Origin: Scyliorhinus canicula
Taxonomy: Eukaryota
Assembly (NCBI RefSeq): GCF_902713615.1
Contig: NC_052167.1
Coordinates: 19,954,690-20,018,689, forward strand
Direction of reading: 5' to 3'
DNA length: 64,000 nt
Position numbers and translations under genes: made by a program. How positions within the stretch are numbered: the stretch's first letter is position 1; each line of letters starts with the position of its first letter. The notes below the pieces were generated by a model. That model searched no databases. It saw only the letters and a list, made by a program, of their open reading frames with translations, and was not told where the DNA came from. Of the stretch, positions 63,066 to 64,000 are shown piece by piece.

Positions 63066-63336
63066 CAGGGGTGGGCAAACTTTTCCGTGCAAGGGCCACA
63101 TTCAGAAATTCGCAATTTTATAGGGCCGCATAGTATATTAAGTAAAATAATTAATATTTAAATAGCCAAAATAAAACGTTTCTAAAGAAAAAAAAAGCAA
63201 TTAATTTTTATTAATTAATATTTTAAAGTAGAAACTTTACATGAAACACATTTATTTGAAAAACAAAGTAACTCAGTTTAAAGAAAAAAAAACAATTAAT
63301 TTTTATTAATTAATATTTTAAAGTAGAAACTTCACA
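63066..63336. mobile_element. Truncated inverted copy of the same hAT element
   Basis: Reverse complement of ~61497-61771; only one TIR. Confidence 0.88.
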
Positions 63337-63398
63337 ATGGCCTTCATTTGCGCTGTAACGATCCTGTGATTCATCCTCCCTCTTCTGCTGCCTTGCAG

Positions 63399-63499
63399 AG
63401 CACGGAGATTAACATCCTTCATCGAACACATTCTACCGGACAGCAGAGCGCGTTGCCCAGCTTCGATGTCGCACGAGGCCTTGAACACAACGCCGACGG
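63399..63499 (+). CDS. ptpn20: Candidate linker exon (STEINILHRTHSTGQQSALPSFDVARGLEHNADG)
   Basis: Pyrimidine tract plus ttgcag|AGC in phase 0, open for 101 nt, donor GG|gtaaaa. Confidence 0.55.
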
Positions 63500-64000
63500 G
63501 TAAAAAAACAACCAGATGATTTATTCTGTGATCTGACCTCGGGTGTTTGCGAGTGTCTCTTGTGACCCTCTGTGTGCTCCTCACTGTAACGCATCAAGGG
63601 GGCTGGAACTAACCCTCCAGACTTGGCGGCCTCAGTGTCCTGTGCTGCATTAGCTGAGTTGTGCCAGTGCCGAGGTTGTGTCTACTGTGCAGGGCAAGGA
63701 CGAGACTAGCTTCGATTCTGAGGCCTCTCACAGCAAGGCTCGGCTCCTGCTGGCCGAGGTACCAGACTGATAGATGTTCTTGTGAAAGATGTTACGATTT
63801 ATGGAATCCACGCTCTCTCATCAATCAATGTCTCCATGAGAAGAGGGGAGAACGTTTCAACAGGCATGATGGGCTCAACCGTCTCCTGTGTGAAGTCTGG
63901 CGATGCTGAGTGGCAGAGAGTCTTTATACATGATGATTCAGAGCAATGGTAGACCCAGGGCGCGATTCTCTGCTTCCCAGGCCGGGTGGGAGAATCGTGG

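Larger units (their letters stand above)
4324..63499 (+). other. ptpn20: Internal part of a PTPN13-paralogous multi-PDZ gene (long ptpn20 / FRMPD2-PTPN20 locus); both ends outside window
   Basis: Eleven exons splice in consistent phase into one open frame with three PDZ domains. The first two are colinear with PTPN13 PDZ4-PDZ5 as I recall them (KGSLGFT..DPAK.DGRL..GDRLI.VN..DVTN..H..A.NLLR; PDI.L; GMTL..; KATR). The divergence and the extra PDZ fit the PTPN20/FRMPD2 paralogue better than PTPN13. Orthology is inferred, not searched. Confidence 0.75.

Overview
Vertebrate genomic DNA from a cartilaginous fish. The shark-type V-SINEs, Deu-domain SINEs and CR1 LINEs show this; a catshark such as Scyliorhinus is my inference. 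The window lies inside one large plus-strand gene, a PTPN13 paralogue best interpreted as the unsplit FRMPD2/PTPN20 (long ptpn20) locus. I assembled 11 phase-compatible coding exons by hand (4324-63499), plus a doubtful 17-nt micro-exon. They encode the equivalents of PTPN13 PDZ4 and PDZ5, a linker built from short exons (one with a GC donor), an extra PDZ domain absent from PTPN13, and further linker. Start, stop and PTP domain lie outside the window. The introns are dense with nested mobile elements: a 3.3-kb CR1 LINE (ORF1 esterase plus EN/RT), CR1/L2, Rex1-like, RTE and L1 fragments, about 25 tRNA-derived SINEs, hAT and PIF/Harbinger-type MITEs, solo LTRs with 5-bp TSDs, Penelope-like palindromes and G/C-rich minisatellites. 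The most interesting signals are: (1) a phased T-TTA-AAC slippery heptamer at the CR1 ORF1/ORF2 junction with no AUG ahead of the endonuclease, suggesting -1 ribosomal frameshifting; (2) an inverted-repeat element with two decayed minimal hammerhead ribozymes; (3) a hAT element carrying a 180-nt exon-like cassette; (4) one SINE head fitted with tails from different LINE partners. All coordinates were read by eye and repeat boundaries are approximate unless a TSD is quoted. No database search was run.
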